The translations under genes and the position numbers were made by a program. From contig JBGANV010000004.1 in assembly GCA_044222185.1 (NCBI GenBank), positions 256,001 to 320,000 of the forward strand: a stretch of DNA of 64,000 nucleotides. Reading direction: 5' to 3'. Within the stretch, counting starts at the first letter, position 1. Each line of letters opens with the position of its first letter. The DNA comes from Planctomycetota bacterium (GTDB taxonomy: Bacteria; Planctomycetota; GCA-002687715; CAIWVZ01). A model generated the notes under the pieces. The model searched no databases and had not been told where the DNA came from. It saw only the letters and a list, made by a program, of their open reading frames with translations. Positions 39,259-48,436 of this stretch are shown here, piece by piece.

Positions 39259-40752
39259 ATGGATCGAAGTCCGTTCGTCCTGTTTGCCATCGTGGCATCT
39301 CTCGCGGCGCAAGATCCTTTTGGAGTCGCGACGCCGGCACCTTCGGGGGTTCTGCCCGGCCTCGCCGTCGGTGCGCCCTTCATGGGCAACGCGGCTTTCG
39401 CGTACAGGCTGACTCGCGGCCCCGCGGGCGGCGACGCCGCCGTGTTGATCTCGCTCGCGCCCGCAACGCTGACGTTCGGGGCGCTCGCCGTGAACGTGGA
39501 CATCAATCCGCAGAACGTCGTGGTCCTCTTGCAGGGCGGTCTGGTCGGGACGACGGCCACGGACGCAGAGGTCACGTTCCCGATCCCGTTGACGTTCCCC
39601 GTGACGCCGTCCCTCGCAGGGTTGCGGACCTATGCACAGGGCTTCGTGGCGGATCCGGCGGCGCCGGGCGTGCTCGGGGCCACGCTCGGCGTGAATGTCG
39701 AGTTGACGATGCCCGCGGCGATCTACGCCGCGGGGTCGGCGCCGGCCGCAGCTGACCCGTTCGCACTCGTGGATCCGCAAAGCGGCGCGCTCGTCGTCGT
39801 GTCGGCGACGTCGCTCGTCGATCTCCCGTCCGGGGCGCAGTTCATCGAGGGTGGGCAGGCGGTGCTCGGGAGCAGCGTCAACTCACGCCTCGTCGCGCGC
39901 GGCACGATCAACGGCGCGAGCGTCGCGTGGACGCCGCTGTTTTCGTCCGCGAACCCGTGCCTCGGTGTCGGCTACGACCCCACGTTCCGACTCGCGTACA
40001 CGCTCACGGGACCGACCGCATCCACCCGCGAGCTGGTCGTCGTCGACGCCAATCCGGCGAGCCCGACGCACGGCGCGGTGCTCGGATCGACGACGGGACT
40101 CGCCGGCGCGTTCACCGTCGAGCGGTGGTCGATGTCCCGCAGTGGAAAGCTCGCGGCCGTGCCCGCACTCTACGGCGGCGGCAATCCGCTGCGCATCGTC
40201 GACACCGATCCCACGAGCGGGACGTTCCTCCAGGTGGTGGCGTCGGCGCCCATGCCGTCACTCGTGGGCACGCTTCCCACGGGCGACGACGCCGGGTTCT
40301 CCGTCAACGACGCCTGGGTGTTCGTCCTCGTGGGGAATGCGACGTCCACGCAGGCCGTGGGGATCTTCGATCGTGCCACGTCGAGCTGGGTCGATCATGC
40401 GCCCGCCGTGGCTGGCATTCAGCACGCGACGCTGCCGGGCAACAATCCCAAGCGCATGGCCGTGGCGCGCGATGGTCGTTTCCTCGTGGTCGTCGGTGGA
40501 TCCGCAGGTAGTGGGTTCGCCGCACGCATGGATTTCGACGTCACGCAGCCGGGACAGGTGTCCTGGACGCCGTACCCGCTGGCTCGAATCGTCGCCGATG
40601 GTGCGACCTCCGTCGACGTGTCCCCCGATGGCGATCGCATCGCCGTCGGAACGACCACCGGCCACGTCGTCATCGCCGACGTGACGAGCGGCGCGCTCGT
40701 TCACGACGTGGCTGCGATGGGCTCGGGCGTCACGATCCTGCGTTGGATGTGA
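39259..40752 (+). CDS. Secreted protein: N-terminal copy of the conserved module plus C-terminal YncE/WD40-like beta-propeller
   Basis: GGAGG RBS and signal ending LAA-Q. SLAGLRTYAQGFVADP module, blades VARDGRFL and VSPDGDRIAV. Confidence 0.75.
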   Translation: MDRSPFVLFAIVASLAAQDPFGVATPAPSGVLPGLAVGAPFMGNAAFAYRLTRGPAGGDAAVLISLAPATLTFGALAVNVDINPQNVVVLLQGGLVGTTATDAEVTFPIPLTFPVTPSLAGLRTYAQGFVADPAAPGVLGATLGVNVELTMPAAIYAAGSAPAAADPFALVDPQSGALVVVSATSLVDLPSGAQFIEGGQAVLGSSVNSRLVARGTINGASVAWTPLFSSANPCLGVGYDPTFRLAYTLTGPTASTRELVVVDANPASPTHGAVLGSTTGLAGAFTVERWSMSRSGKLAAVPALYGGGNPLRIVDTDPTSGTFLQVVASAPMPSLVGTLPTGDDAGFSVNDAWVFVLVGNATSTQAVGIFDRATSSWVDHAPAVAGIQHATLPGNNPKRMAVARDGRFLVVVGGSAGSGFAARMDFDVTQPGQVSWTPYPLARIVADGATSVDVSPDGDRIAVGTTTGHVVIADVTSGALVHDVAAMGSGVTILRWM

Positions 40753-40762
40753 CGCGCGATCG

Positions 40763-41455
40763 TCAGTTCGCGTCGGGTTTGGGGAGCGGGATGTCGTCGA
40801 AGACCGTGCCCGGAAGCGCGGTCTTCAGCCGTTCGAGGGCGCGGAAATAGCGTACGGCGGCAGCACCGGGAGTGAGGCCCAACAGCTCGGCGGCCTCGGT
40901 GTTCTGCCGCTGCTCGATGGCGCGGAGGACGATGATCTCCTTGTCGGCCGGGGCGAGGCTCTCGAGGGCTTTCGTCACGGCGTCGCGCTGCTCGCGCCGC
41001 ATGGCTTGCGACACGACGCCGGGCACGTCGTCGGCGAGCTGATCGAGGGTCGACTTGCCACCCGATTCGCTGTCCGGCAATTCGGTCTTCGGCTTCCCCT
41101 TCACGTGCTTCTGCACGAGCGTGCTCACGCGGAACTTCACTGCCGTGCTGAGGAACTTGAGCACGACGGGCGTCATGCGCCCGTTGCGAACCGGGAGGTC
41201 CTTCAGCTTCGGGAGCGCAACGCCCCATACGTCGTTCACGATGTCGTCCGGGTCGTGGAGTCGCCGCAGGTCGGGCCCGATGCGGTACTCGGCCTGAACC
41301 CTCAGGAGGGGCGAGAACCTCTTCACGATCCAGTCGAGTTCGTCGCGGTCGCCCCCAACCGCGCGGCGGACGTGGATGGTCGTCGCGTCCGGCGGCGTGT
41401 CGTCCTTGCCCTCGCGACGACGGAAGGGCTCGGGGGTGGATGACGGGGTCGACAT
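40763..41455 (-). CDS. ECF sigma-70 family RNA polymerase sigma factor
   Basis: DPDDIVNDVW, and LESLAPADKEIIVLR...EAAELLGLTPGAAAVRYFRALERLK. Confidence 0.88.
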   Translation of the reverse strand: MSTPSSTPEPFRRREGKDDTPPDATTIHVRRAVGGDRDELDWIVKRFSPLLRVQAEYRIGPDLRRLHDPDDIVNDVWGVALPKLKDLPVRNGRMTPVVLKFLSTAVKFRVSTLVQKHVKGKPKTELPDSESGGKSTLDQLADDVPGVVSQAMRREQRDAVTKALESLAPADKEIIVLRAIEQRQNTEAAELLGLTPGAAAVRYFRALERLKTALPGTVFDDIPLPKPDAN

Positions 41456-41508
41456 GCGCGGCATCGTAACCGCGCGTTCGTCGGGGTGTGGCCAAACACC
41501 GCGGAAAA

Positions 41509-41759
41509 GGCGCCACGAAGCGCCGCGTTCCCCGCGGCCGGACGGCAGGGCTCCGGCCTTGCCTCGAACGTCGGTGGCGATCGATCGTGCGTGGCTGGTC
41601 GACGGGGCGAGCTGGTCCGACCCCCAAGCCGTCCCGAGCCCGTGCCGCCGACCCGGTGAGAACCTGGCGCCACGGAGCGCCGCGTTCCACGCGGCCGGAC
41701 GGCAAGGCTCCAGCCTTGCCTCGCACGTCGGTGGAAATCGATCGCGTGAGGCCGGTTGA
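41509..41759. repeat. Two ~94-bp imperfect direct repeats (period 157) each carrying a REP-like hairpin
   Basis: 41509-41602 vs 41666-41759. Core GGCAAGGC-TCCA-GCCTTGCC is perfect in copy 2 and GGCAGGGC-TCCG-GCCTTGCC in copy 1. Confidence 0.8.
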
Positions 41760-41889
41760 TGAGGAATGCAGACCCGAAAGCCAATCAGGCCCCGCTCCAT
41801 GCCCCCCCCCAACCGGGCCGAACGTCGCACTTCGGCCGGTCTTGTTGCCTCCGCCCCGCGCGCGCCATACTCGGCCGGAGGCGAATGTC

Positions 41890-43284
41890 ATGATCCTGAA
41901 GCAGTTCTACCTCGGCTGTCTCGCCCATGCCTCGTACTTCATCGCGGACGAAACGACCAAGGTCGCCGCCGTCGTCGATCCGCAGCGCGACGTCGACCAG
42001 TACCTGGAGATCGCGGCTGCGAGCGGGTGCCGGATCGACCACGTCCTCTTGACGCACTTCCACGCCGACTTCGTCGCGGGTCACGTCGAACTCGCCGCGA
42101 AGACGGGCGCCACGATTCACCTGGGCGCGGCGGGCGCGGCCGAGTACGACGTCCACGCGGTGCGACAGGGGCACTCGATCACGTTTGGGAACGTGCGCCT
42201 CGAGATCCTGGAGACGCCGGGGCATACACCCGAGTCGATCTCCATCGTGATCTACGACCTCGCGAAGAGCTCGGTCACGCCCCACGCCGTCTGCACCGGC
42301 GACACGCTCTTCATCGGCGATGTGGGCCGACCTGATCTCCTGGCGTCGGTCGGGTGGAAGGCGAGCGATCTCGCCGGCATGCTCTATGACTCTCTCCACC
42401 AGAAGCTCATGAAGCTGCCGGACAACACGATCGTCTACCCGGCACACGGCGCCGGTTCGTTCTGCGGCAAGAGCATGAGCTCGGAGACGTCGTCCACCAT
42501 CGGCCAGCAGCGGCAGTTCAACTACGCGCTGCAGCCCATGTCTCGGGAGGCATTCATCGCCCAGGTAACGGCCGGGCAGCCGGAGATGCCCGCCTACTTC
42601 GCCCATGACGCCGCGTTGAACCGCAAGCGTCGGGCGACACTCGACTCCGTGCTCGCCACGGCGCAGCGCAAGCTCTCGCTGGACGAGGTCCTCGAGCTGC
42701 GCGACGCGGGCGCGCTGATCCTCGATTCGCGCGAACCCGTCGACTTCGATCCGTGCCACCTGGCGGGGTCCACGAACGTGGGCTTGTCGGGCAAATACTG
42801 CACCTGGGTCGGCACGCTCTTCGACAAGTCGCGCCCGATCGTCCTCATCACCGACCCGGGAAAGGAGCGAGAGTCCGCGATGCGGCTCGGGCGCATCGGC
42901 TTCGACACGGTTGTCGGGGTTCTCGATGGCGGGATTTCGGCCGTTCAGAAACGCCCCGATCTCCTTCGTCGCACGGAACGGGTCGAGCCCGCCGCGCTCG
43001 CGACCGCGCTCTCGACGCCGACGGCACCGTTCGTCCTCGACGTGCGAAACTCGGCCGAAGTCCAAGAGAAGCGGATCGCGGGGGCCACGTGGATCCCGCT
43101 CTCGCACCTTTGGGAGCGAGCGGGCGAGGTTCCGCGCGGCCGTCGAATCGTCGTCCATTGCGCCGGCGGATATCGCTCCGCCATCGCCGCGAGCCTCCTC
43201 GAGCAGAAGGGCTTCGATGGACTCGGCGATCTCGTCGGCGGCATGGCCGGTTGGGAGAAGGCCAACCTCGCCGTCGTCAAGTGA
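41890..43284 (+). CDS. MBL-fold hydrolase (persulfide dioxygenase-like) with two rhodanese domains
   Basis: GGAGG RBS. THFHADF, TPGHTPE, TGDTLF.GDVGRPDL, YPAHGAGSFCG and rhodanese HCAGGYRS. Confidence 0.92.
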   Translation: MILKQFYLGCLAHASYFIADETTKVAAVVDPQRDVDQYLEIAAASGCRIDHVLLTHFHADFVAGHVELAAKTGATIHLGAAGAAEYDVHAVRQGHSITFGNVRLEILETPGHTPESISIVIYDLAKSSVTPHAVCTGDTLFIGDVGRPDLLASVGWKASDLAGMLYDSLHQKLMKLPDNTIVYPAHGAGSFCGKSMSSETSSTIGQQRQFNYALQPMSREAFIAQVTAGQPEMPAYFAHDAALNRKRRATLDSVLATAQRKLSLDEVLELRDAGALILDSREPVDFDPCHLAGSTNVGLSGKYCTWVGTLFDKSRPIVLITDPGKERESAMRLGRIGFDTVVGVLDGGISAVQKRPDLLRRTERVEPAALATALSTPTAPFVLDVRNSAEVQEKRIAGATWIPLSHLWERAGEVPRGRRIVVHCAGGYRSAIAASLLEQKGFDGLGDLVGGMAGWEKANLAVVK

Positions 43285-44069
43285 ACGCCGACCCCTCGGG
43301 CCCGCGCGCCCTCCGCGCTCTCGTCACGGGCGCGTCCAGTGGGATCGGTGAAGCGCTGAGCCTGCGCCTCGCGCGTCGCGGTTACGAGGTCTGGCTCGCG
43401 GCCCGACGCGTCCCGGAGCTCGAGCGCGTCCGCGATGCGATCGCGGCAGCTGGAGGTCGCGCACACGTTTTCGCCCTCGACGTCGCGCAGGGCGACGCCA
43501 CGGCCGCGGCCGTCGCCGCACTCGACCAGCAGGTCGGAGGCTTCGACCTGGTCGTCGCGAACGCTGGAGTGGGCGCGCCGCAGGCGGCCGCGACGTTCGA
43601 GTGGTCGTCCTTGCGCGACACGGTCACGACCAACGCACTCGGGGCCATGGCGACGCTCGCGGCCGTCGTGCCCGCGATGATGGCCCGCCACCGTGGGCAC
43701 GTCGTCGCCGTCTCGAGTCTCTCGGCCGACGTCGCTGGGCCGGGGAGCCCGGCCTACGCCGCGTCGAAGGCGTTCCTCACGCACTTCACCTCGTCGCTTC
43801 GCGCAGAGCTCACGCTGGCGGGAGTCGACTGCACCGTGATCCATCCGGGGTTCATCCGCACGGCGATGACGGCGGGGAACTCGTTCACGATGCCGTTCCT
43901 GATGGAGGTCGACGAAGCCGCGAAACGGATCGACGACGCCATCGATCGTCGGGTCGCCATCTACCGGTTCCCGCGCCGCATGTGGTGGCTCATCCGACTC
44001 TTCAACCTGATCCCGCGGCCGGTCCGCGAAGCGCTGATGCGCACGGCCCTGCGCCGTCGCGCGGGCTGA
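43281..44069 (+). CDS. SDR family NAD(P)-dependent oxidoreductase
   Basis: GTGA overlap. VTGASSGIG, ANAG, YAASK and PGFIRT motifs. Confidence 0.92.
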   Translation: MNADPSGPRALRALVTGASSGIGEALSLRLARRGYEVWLAARRVPELERVRDAIAAAGGRAHVFALDVAQGDATAAAVAALDQQVGGFDLVVANAGVGAPQAAATFEWSSLRDTVTTNALGAMATLAAVVPAMMARHRGHVVAVSSLSADVAGPGSPAYAASKAFLTHFTSSLRAELTLAGVDCTVIHPGFIRTAMTAGNSFTMPFLMEVDEAAKRIDDAIDRRVAIYRFPRRMWWLIRLFNLIPRPVREALMRTALRRRAG

Positions 44070-44099
44070 TACCGTGCATCCCCACGGAGACAATCACTC

Positions 44100-44879
44100 A
44101 TGAACCCACTCTGGCTGCTTTCACTCCTCTTCACGGTGACGACGATGCGCGAACCGAAGCTCCACACGGAGACGATCGACTACAAAGACGGTGACGTCGC
44201 CTTGCAGGGCTATCTCGCGTACGACGAAGCCATCGCCGGCAAACGTCCCGGCGTCATCCTCGTCCACGAGTGGAAGGGGCACGGTGATTACGTCCGCCGT
44301 CGCGCCGACATGATCGCGAAGCTCGGGTACGCGGCGTTCGCCGTGGACATGTACGGAAAGGGCGTCTTCGCCAAGGATCACGAAGAAGCCGGCAAGCTCG
44401 CGGGCGTCTATTTCGGCGACCGCAAGCTCATGCGGACGCGCGCCGCTGCGGGGCTGGAGGTCCTGAAGAAGCATTCCATGTGCGACAGCTCACGGATCGC
44501 CGCCATGGGCTACTGCTTCGGCGGGACGACGGCGCTCGAGATGGCGCGTGCGGGGTTCGACCTGCGCGGCGTCGCGAGCTTCCACGGCAACCTCGCCACG
44601 CCAGAGCCGGCCGACGCAAAGACCCTGAAGGCGAAGGTCATCGTCTTCCACGGCGCCGACGACATGCACATCTCGGCGCAGGTGCCGGGGTTCATGGACG
44701 AGATGCGGAAGGCACGCGCCGACTACCAATTCGTGGCGTTCGGCGGCGCCGTGCACAGCTTCACGGTGAAGGAGGCGGGTGACGACCCGTCGAAGGGTGC
44801 CGCCTACGACGAGGCCGCCGACCGTCGTTCCTGGAACATGCTCAAGCAGTTCCTGGAAGAAGTGTTCGCGAAGCCATGA
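44100..44879 (+). CDS. Dienelactone hydrolase family protein
   Basis: VHEWKG, GYCFGG nucleophile elbow, SFHG, HGADD and AVHSFT. Confidence 0.92.
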   Translation: MNPLWLLSLLFTVTTMREPKLHTETIDYKDGDVALQGYLAYDEAIAGKRPGVILVHEWKGHGDYVRRRADMIAKLGYAAFAVDMYGKGVFAKDHEEAGKLAGVYFGDRKLMRTRAAAGLEVLKKHSMCDSSRIAAMGYCFGGTTALEMARAGFDLRGVASFHGNLATPEPADAKTLKAKVIVFHGADDMHISAQVPGFMDEMRKARADYQFVAFGGAVHSFTVKEAGDDPSKGAAYDEAADRRSWNMLKQFLEEVFAKP

Positions 44880-46324
44880 ATGCCGCCGTCGCCGTTCCCG
44901 CCAGCCGTCCCCGACCGCGCCTCGTGGTGCGGTACCTGCTCTTGTCGCTTCTCGTGACCGCCGTGGTCACGCTGGCCGTGAGCCTGACGGCGCACGGCAT
45001 CGTGTCCAACGACCTGAAGCGGAAGGACCGGGCACTGGCGGAACAGGCGGCGCAGTTCGTCTGGGATCAGCTGCACGAGCACTGGCTCGACCCGCTCGCG
45101 GCCGGGCGAATCACGGAGACTCGCCCGCAGTCCGAAGTGGTCGACGCGATCATCCGTCGCGTGATCGGGCCCTTGAACATCACACGCGCGAACCTCATCG
45201 ACGGGAACGGGCACGTGCTTTACAGCACCGAGCTGGCCTGGCGCGGCAAGCAGCTGGAGGACGCGCACGAGCTCGAAGAGGTGCTGAAGGGGTTCACGGT
45301 CAGCAACCTCAAGGAGGACGGGTCCACGTTCGATCTTGGAGGGACGGCGGACGACGCCCTGCTGGAGACGTACGTCCTCGTGGGTTCGCTCGAGCTGCCC
45401 GGGCGTCCCTCGACGGCCGCCATCGTGGAGCTCTACCAGGTTGCCGACGATTACATGGCCGAACTCCGCCGCTCGCAGCGCCTCGTGATCGCGATCGCGA
45501 TCACGTGCCTCACGGCCATGTTCTTCGCGCACCTTTGGCTGTTCGTCCAAGGCAACCGCACCATCGTCGCCCGCACGCAGGAGCTCGAACAATTCTCCGC
45601 GCGGCTCGAGGATCTGGTGGATGAACGGACCCGCGAGCTCACGGTCAGCCGCAGGCTCGCGGACGTGGGACAGATGGCCGCCGGCGTCGCGCACGAGGTC
45701 AACACGCCGCTCGCGTCCATCGCGACCTGTGCCGAAGGGCTGCTGCGGCGCACGGCCGACGCCGACGTGAAGCGATACCTGGAGATCATCCGGAAGGAGG
45801 CCTATCGGGTGAAGACGATCACCCGCGACCTCCTCGAGTTCAGCAAGCTGCAGGCGCAGCCGGAAGCCTCGTTGCGGCTCGAGACGGTCCGCATCGTCAC
45901 CGTCTTGCGGGAAATCGGTGACCTCCTGGCGTTCAGCATGACCGAGCGTCGCGTGAAGTGGGACGTCCTCGTGGGCGAGGACGTGAAGGTGAGGGCCGAC
46001 CCCATGGCCCTGCACCAGATCCTCCTGAACCTGTCGACCAACTGCCTCGATGCGCTGCCGGACGGCGGAGACATCCGCTGGGTGGCGGAGGAAGTCGGCG
46101 AGAACGTTCGGCTGCGGTGCACCGACAACGGCGTCGGCATCGAGCCTGATCTGCTCGAGCACGTGATGGACCCGTTCGTCAGCACCAAGCGTCACGGCCA
46201 GGGGACGGGGCTCGGGCTCTCAGTCGCGTACGCACTCGCGCGCCGGCAGGGTGGCGCGCTGACCATCGACAGCCCCGGGCGCGGCAAGGGTACCGTGACG
46301 ACGCTCGTGTTGATGCGCGCCTGA
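44876..46324 (+). CDS. Membrane sensor histidine kinase (NtrB-like)
   Basis: Two TM helices, H-box AAGVAHEVNTPL, N-box QILLNL, DNGVGI, DPFVSTK and GTGLGL. ATGA overlap with the upstream gene. Confidence 0.93.
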   Translation: MNAAVAVPASRPRPRLVVRYLLLSLLVTAVVTLAVSLTAHGIVSNDLKRKDRALAEQAAQFVWDQLHEHWLDPLAAGRITETRPQSEVVDAIIRRVIGPLNITRANLIDGNGHVLYSTELAWRGKQLEDAHELEEVLKGFTVSNLKEDGSTFDLGGTADDALLETYVLVGSLELPGRPSTAAIVELYQVADDYMAELRRSQRLVIAIAITCLTAMFFAHLWLFVQGNRTIVARTQELEQFSARLEDLVDERTRELTVSRRLADVGQMAAGVAHEVNTPLASIATCAEGLLRRTADADVKRYLEIIRKEAYRVKTITRDLLEFSKLQAQPEASLRLETVRIVTVLREIGDLLAFSMTERRVKWDVLVGEDVKVRADPMALHQILLNLSTNCLDALPDGGDIRWVAEEVGENVRLRCTDNGVGIEPDLLEHVMDPFVSTKRHGQGTGLGLSVAYALARRQGGALTIDSPGRGKGTVTTLVLMRA

Positions 46325-46343
46325 TCGGCCGCGCGGGTCGACC

Positions 46344-47708
46344 TCACTCGTCGGTGAGCTCGTCGCGCTCGCGGTTCAGCTTGTTGTAGAGCGTCTTCAG
46401 ACTGATGCCGAGGACCTTCGCCGCCTGCGTCTTGTTGCCGCCGCACCGGTCGAGGATCTGGTGGATGTGCAGCATCTCGAGATCGTCGAGTCGGTCGGGA
46501 GTGGGGTCGCCCGAACCAGCTCGCGCCATGGCGAAATACTCCTCGAGGATGCTCCGCTGGAACGTCCCCTGCGGCGAGAGGATCGAGATGCGCTCGAGGA
46601 CGTTGAACAACTCGCGGATGTTCCCCGGCCAGCGATAGCTCTGGAGCATCTGGCGCACGGCGGGCGTGCGCAGCTCGGCAGGCGCCACGCGGCCGCGGGA
46701 CGCGTAGAAGTGTTCCGCGAGGATCGGGATGTCGTCCGCGCGCTCGCGAAGCGGCGGCAGGCGGATCTCCAGGATGTTCATGCGGAAGTAGAGATCCTGG
46801 CGGAAGCGTCCGGTTTCGATGGCTTTCGCGAGGGGAACGTTCGTCGCCGCAACGAGTCGGATGTCGCCCGTGCGCTCCTGCGCGGATCCCAGGCGCCGAT
46901 ATCCGCCGTCCTGGAGGACTCGAAGGAGCTTGGCTTGAGCCGAGTGCGTCAGCTCGGTGAGCTCGTCGAGGAACAGGACGCCGCCGTCGGCCTCCTCGAT
47001 CAGGCCCGCGTGGGACTGTGTTGCGCCCGTGAACGCGCCCTTCTCGTATCCGAACAGCTCGGCCTCCACGAGAGTGTCCTGGAGCGTGGCGCAGTTGAGC
47101 GCGACGAACGGATGATTCGCCCGCGAGCTCTGTGCGTGGATCATCCGGGCGACGAGCTCTTTTCCCGTCCCGCTCTCGCCCGTCACGAGAACGGGTGCTT
47201 CGGCGGCCGCGACCCGTTGGATGACGCCCCGCACCGCTTCGATCGCCCGACTGGTTCCGACGAGGAGATCCTTGTTGGATGGCGCCGGCACCACCGGGCT
47301 GCCGTCGACGATGGTCCGGCGGTGGGCGATCGCTCGCTCCATCACGTGTTCGAGCTCGGCGATCTCGCAGGGCTTCGTGAGGAAGTGGAAGGCGCCGGCG
47401 CGGATTGCCTCGACGGCCGTCTCGATGTCGCCGTGGCCCGTCAGGATGATCACGGGCGTCATGTCGCCGCGCGAACGGAGATCGCGGAGGAACTGGATGC
47501 CACGGCGGTCGGGGAGACGTTCATCGAGGAGGAGCAGGTCCAGGTCGTGCGCCGCGGCCTCCCGGTCGGCCGACTTCGCGTCGGGTGCAGTTCGCACCAC
47601 GTGACCGGCGGCGCGGAGCTCCGACGCCAGCACGTCGCGGAAGGTCGCATCATCTTCCACGATGAGTATTCGTGCGCCCTTGGTCGTCAGTTCGTCGCGT
47701 GTCGCCAT
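46344..47708 (-). CDS. Sigma-54-dependent response regulator (NtrC/AtoC family; REC-AAA+-HTH)
   Basis: ILIVEDD receiver, GESGTGKE, ELFGYEKGAFTGA, RFRQDLYFR, WPGNIREL and Fis-type HTH GNKTQAAKVLGIS. Confidence 0.95.
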   Translation of the reverse strand: MATRDELTTKGARILIVEDDATFRDVLASELRAAGHVVRTAPDAKSADREAAAHDLDLLLLDERLPDRRGIQFLRDLRSRGDMTPVIILTGHGDIETAVEAIRAGAFHFLTKPCEIAELEHVMERAIAHRRTIVDGSPVVPAPSNKDLLVGTSRAIEAVRGVIQRVAAAEAPVLVTGESGTGKELVARMIHAQSSRANHPFVALNCATLQDTLVEAELFGYEKGAFTGATQSHAGLIEEADGGVLFLDELTELTHSAQAKLLRVLQDGGYRRLGSAQERTGDIRLVAATNVPLAKAIETGRFRQDLYFRMNILEIRLPPLRERADDIPILAEHFYASRGRVAPAELRTPAVRQMLQSYRWPGNIRELFNVLERISILSPQGTFQRSILEEYFAMARAGSGDPTPDRLDDLEMLHIHQILDRCGGNKTQAAKVLGISLKTLYNKLNRERDELTDE

Positions 47709-47758
47709 GATCTTTCGGAGGCCTCCGTGTCGGGGTGTCCGGTTCCGCCAGTCCCCCA

Positions 47759-47774
47759 TGCAACGCGCGCGCCT
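47759..47774 (-). promoter_or_regulatory. Candidate sigma-54 (-24/-12) promoter
   Basis: Minus strand AGGCGCGCGCGTTGCA has exact GG-N10-GC spacing with TTGCA, ~50 nt upstream of the regulator start. Confidence 0.45.
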
Positions 47775-47982
47775 TCTCGAGTCAGGAATCGGTGAAGCCG
47801 CGGTCTCACGGGCAGGATGTGGACGCGTCGGCGCGCGGCTGGCCCGATTGCTGGCGCCGGCGCGCGCGAGTCCGTGAAATTCCTGACCGGTCGACTGCCT
47901 GAATGTACACGGCTCGGGGCGAGGCTTCGCCACCGCCGGTCTTCGGGGGGATGACCGTCGCCGCGACCGGGACGCAGAGGCT

Positions 47983-48405
47983 TCAGCCGCCGGGGCCCAA
48001 GGCAGCCAGCAGCGCCTCTTTCAGTCGCGACTGAAGATCGCTCGGCGTCGCATGGGGTCCGGGCTCGCGAACGGCCGAGCCCCAGATCGGATTGGGGAAG
48101 TGCCGGTCGTCGTCGCGCCGCGGGATCACGTGCCAGTGGACGTGCGGAGTCACGTTGCCGAGACTCGCCAGGTTGACCTTCGTCGGTGCCAGGATCCTCC
48201 GCAGGGCGGATTCGGTGGCGAACACCGCGTTCATGAGGTCCGCACGATCGTCTTCGAAGAGATCCGTCATCTCGCGTACGTGCCGCGCAGCGATCACACG
48301 GCAGAACCCGGGGTAGTCGCGGTCATCCACGAGAACGACGCGGCACGTGCGTCCGCGCCACAACACGTCGCCGCCGTCGGAGGTGCAAAGCTCGCAGGGC
48401 TTCAT
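47983..48405 (-). CDS. HIT family protein
   Basis: CELC, YPGFCRV and histidine triad GNVTPHVHWHVIPR. Confidence 0.92.
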   Translation of the reverse strand: MKPCELCTSDGGDVLWRGRTCRVVLVDDRDYPGFCRVIAARHVREMTDLFEDDRADLMNAVFATESALRRILAPTKVNLASLGNVTPHVHWHVIPRRDDDRHFPNPIWGSAVREPGPHATPSDLQSRLKEALLAALGPGG

Positions 48406-48436
48406 CGCGGGATCCGATCCGCTGCCGTGCGGCGGA

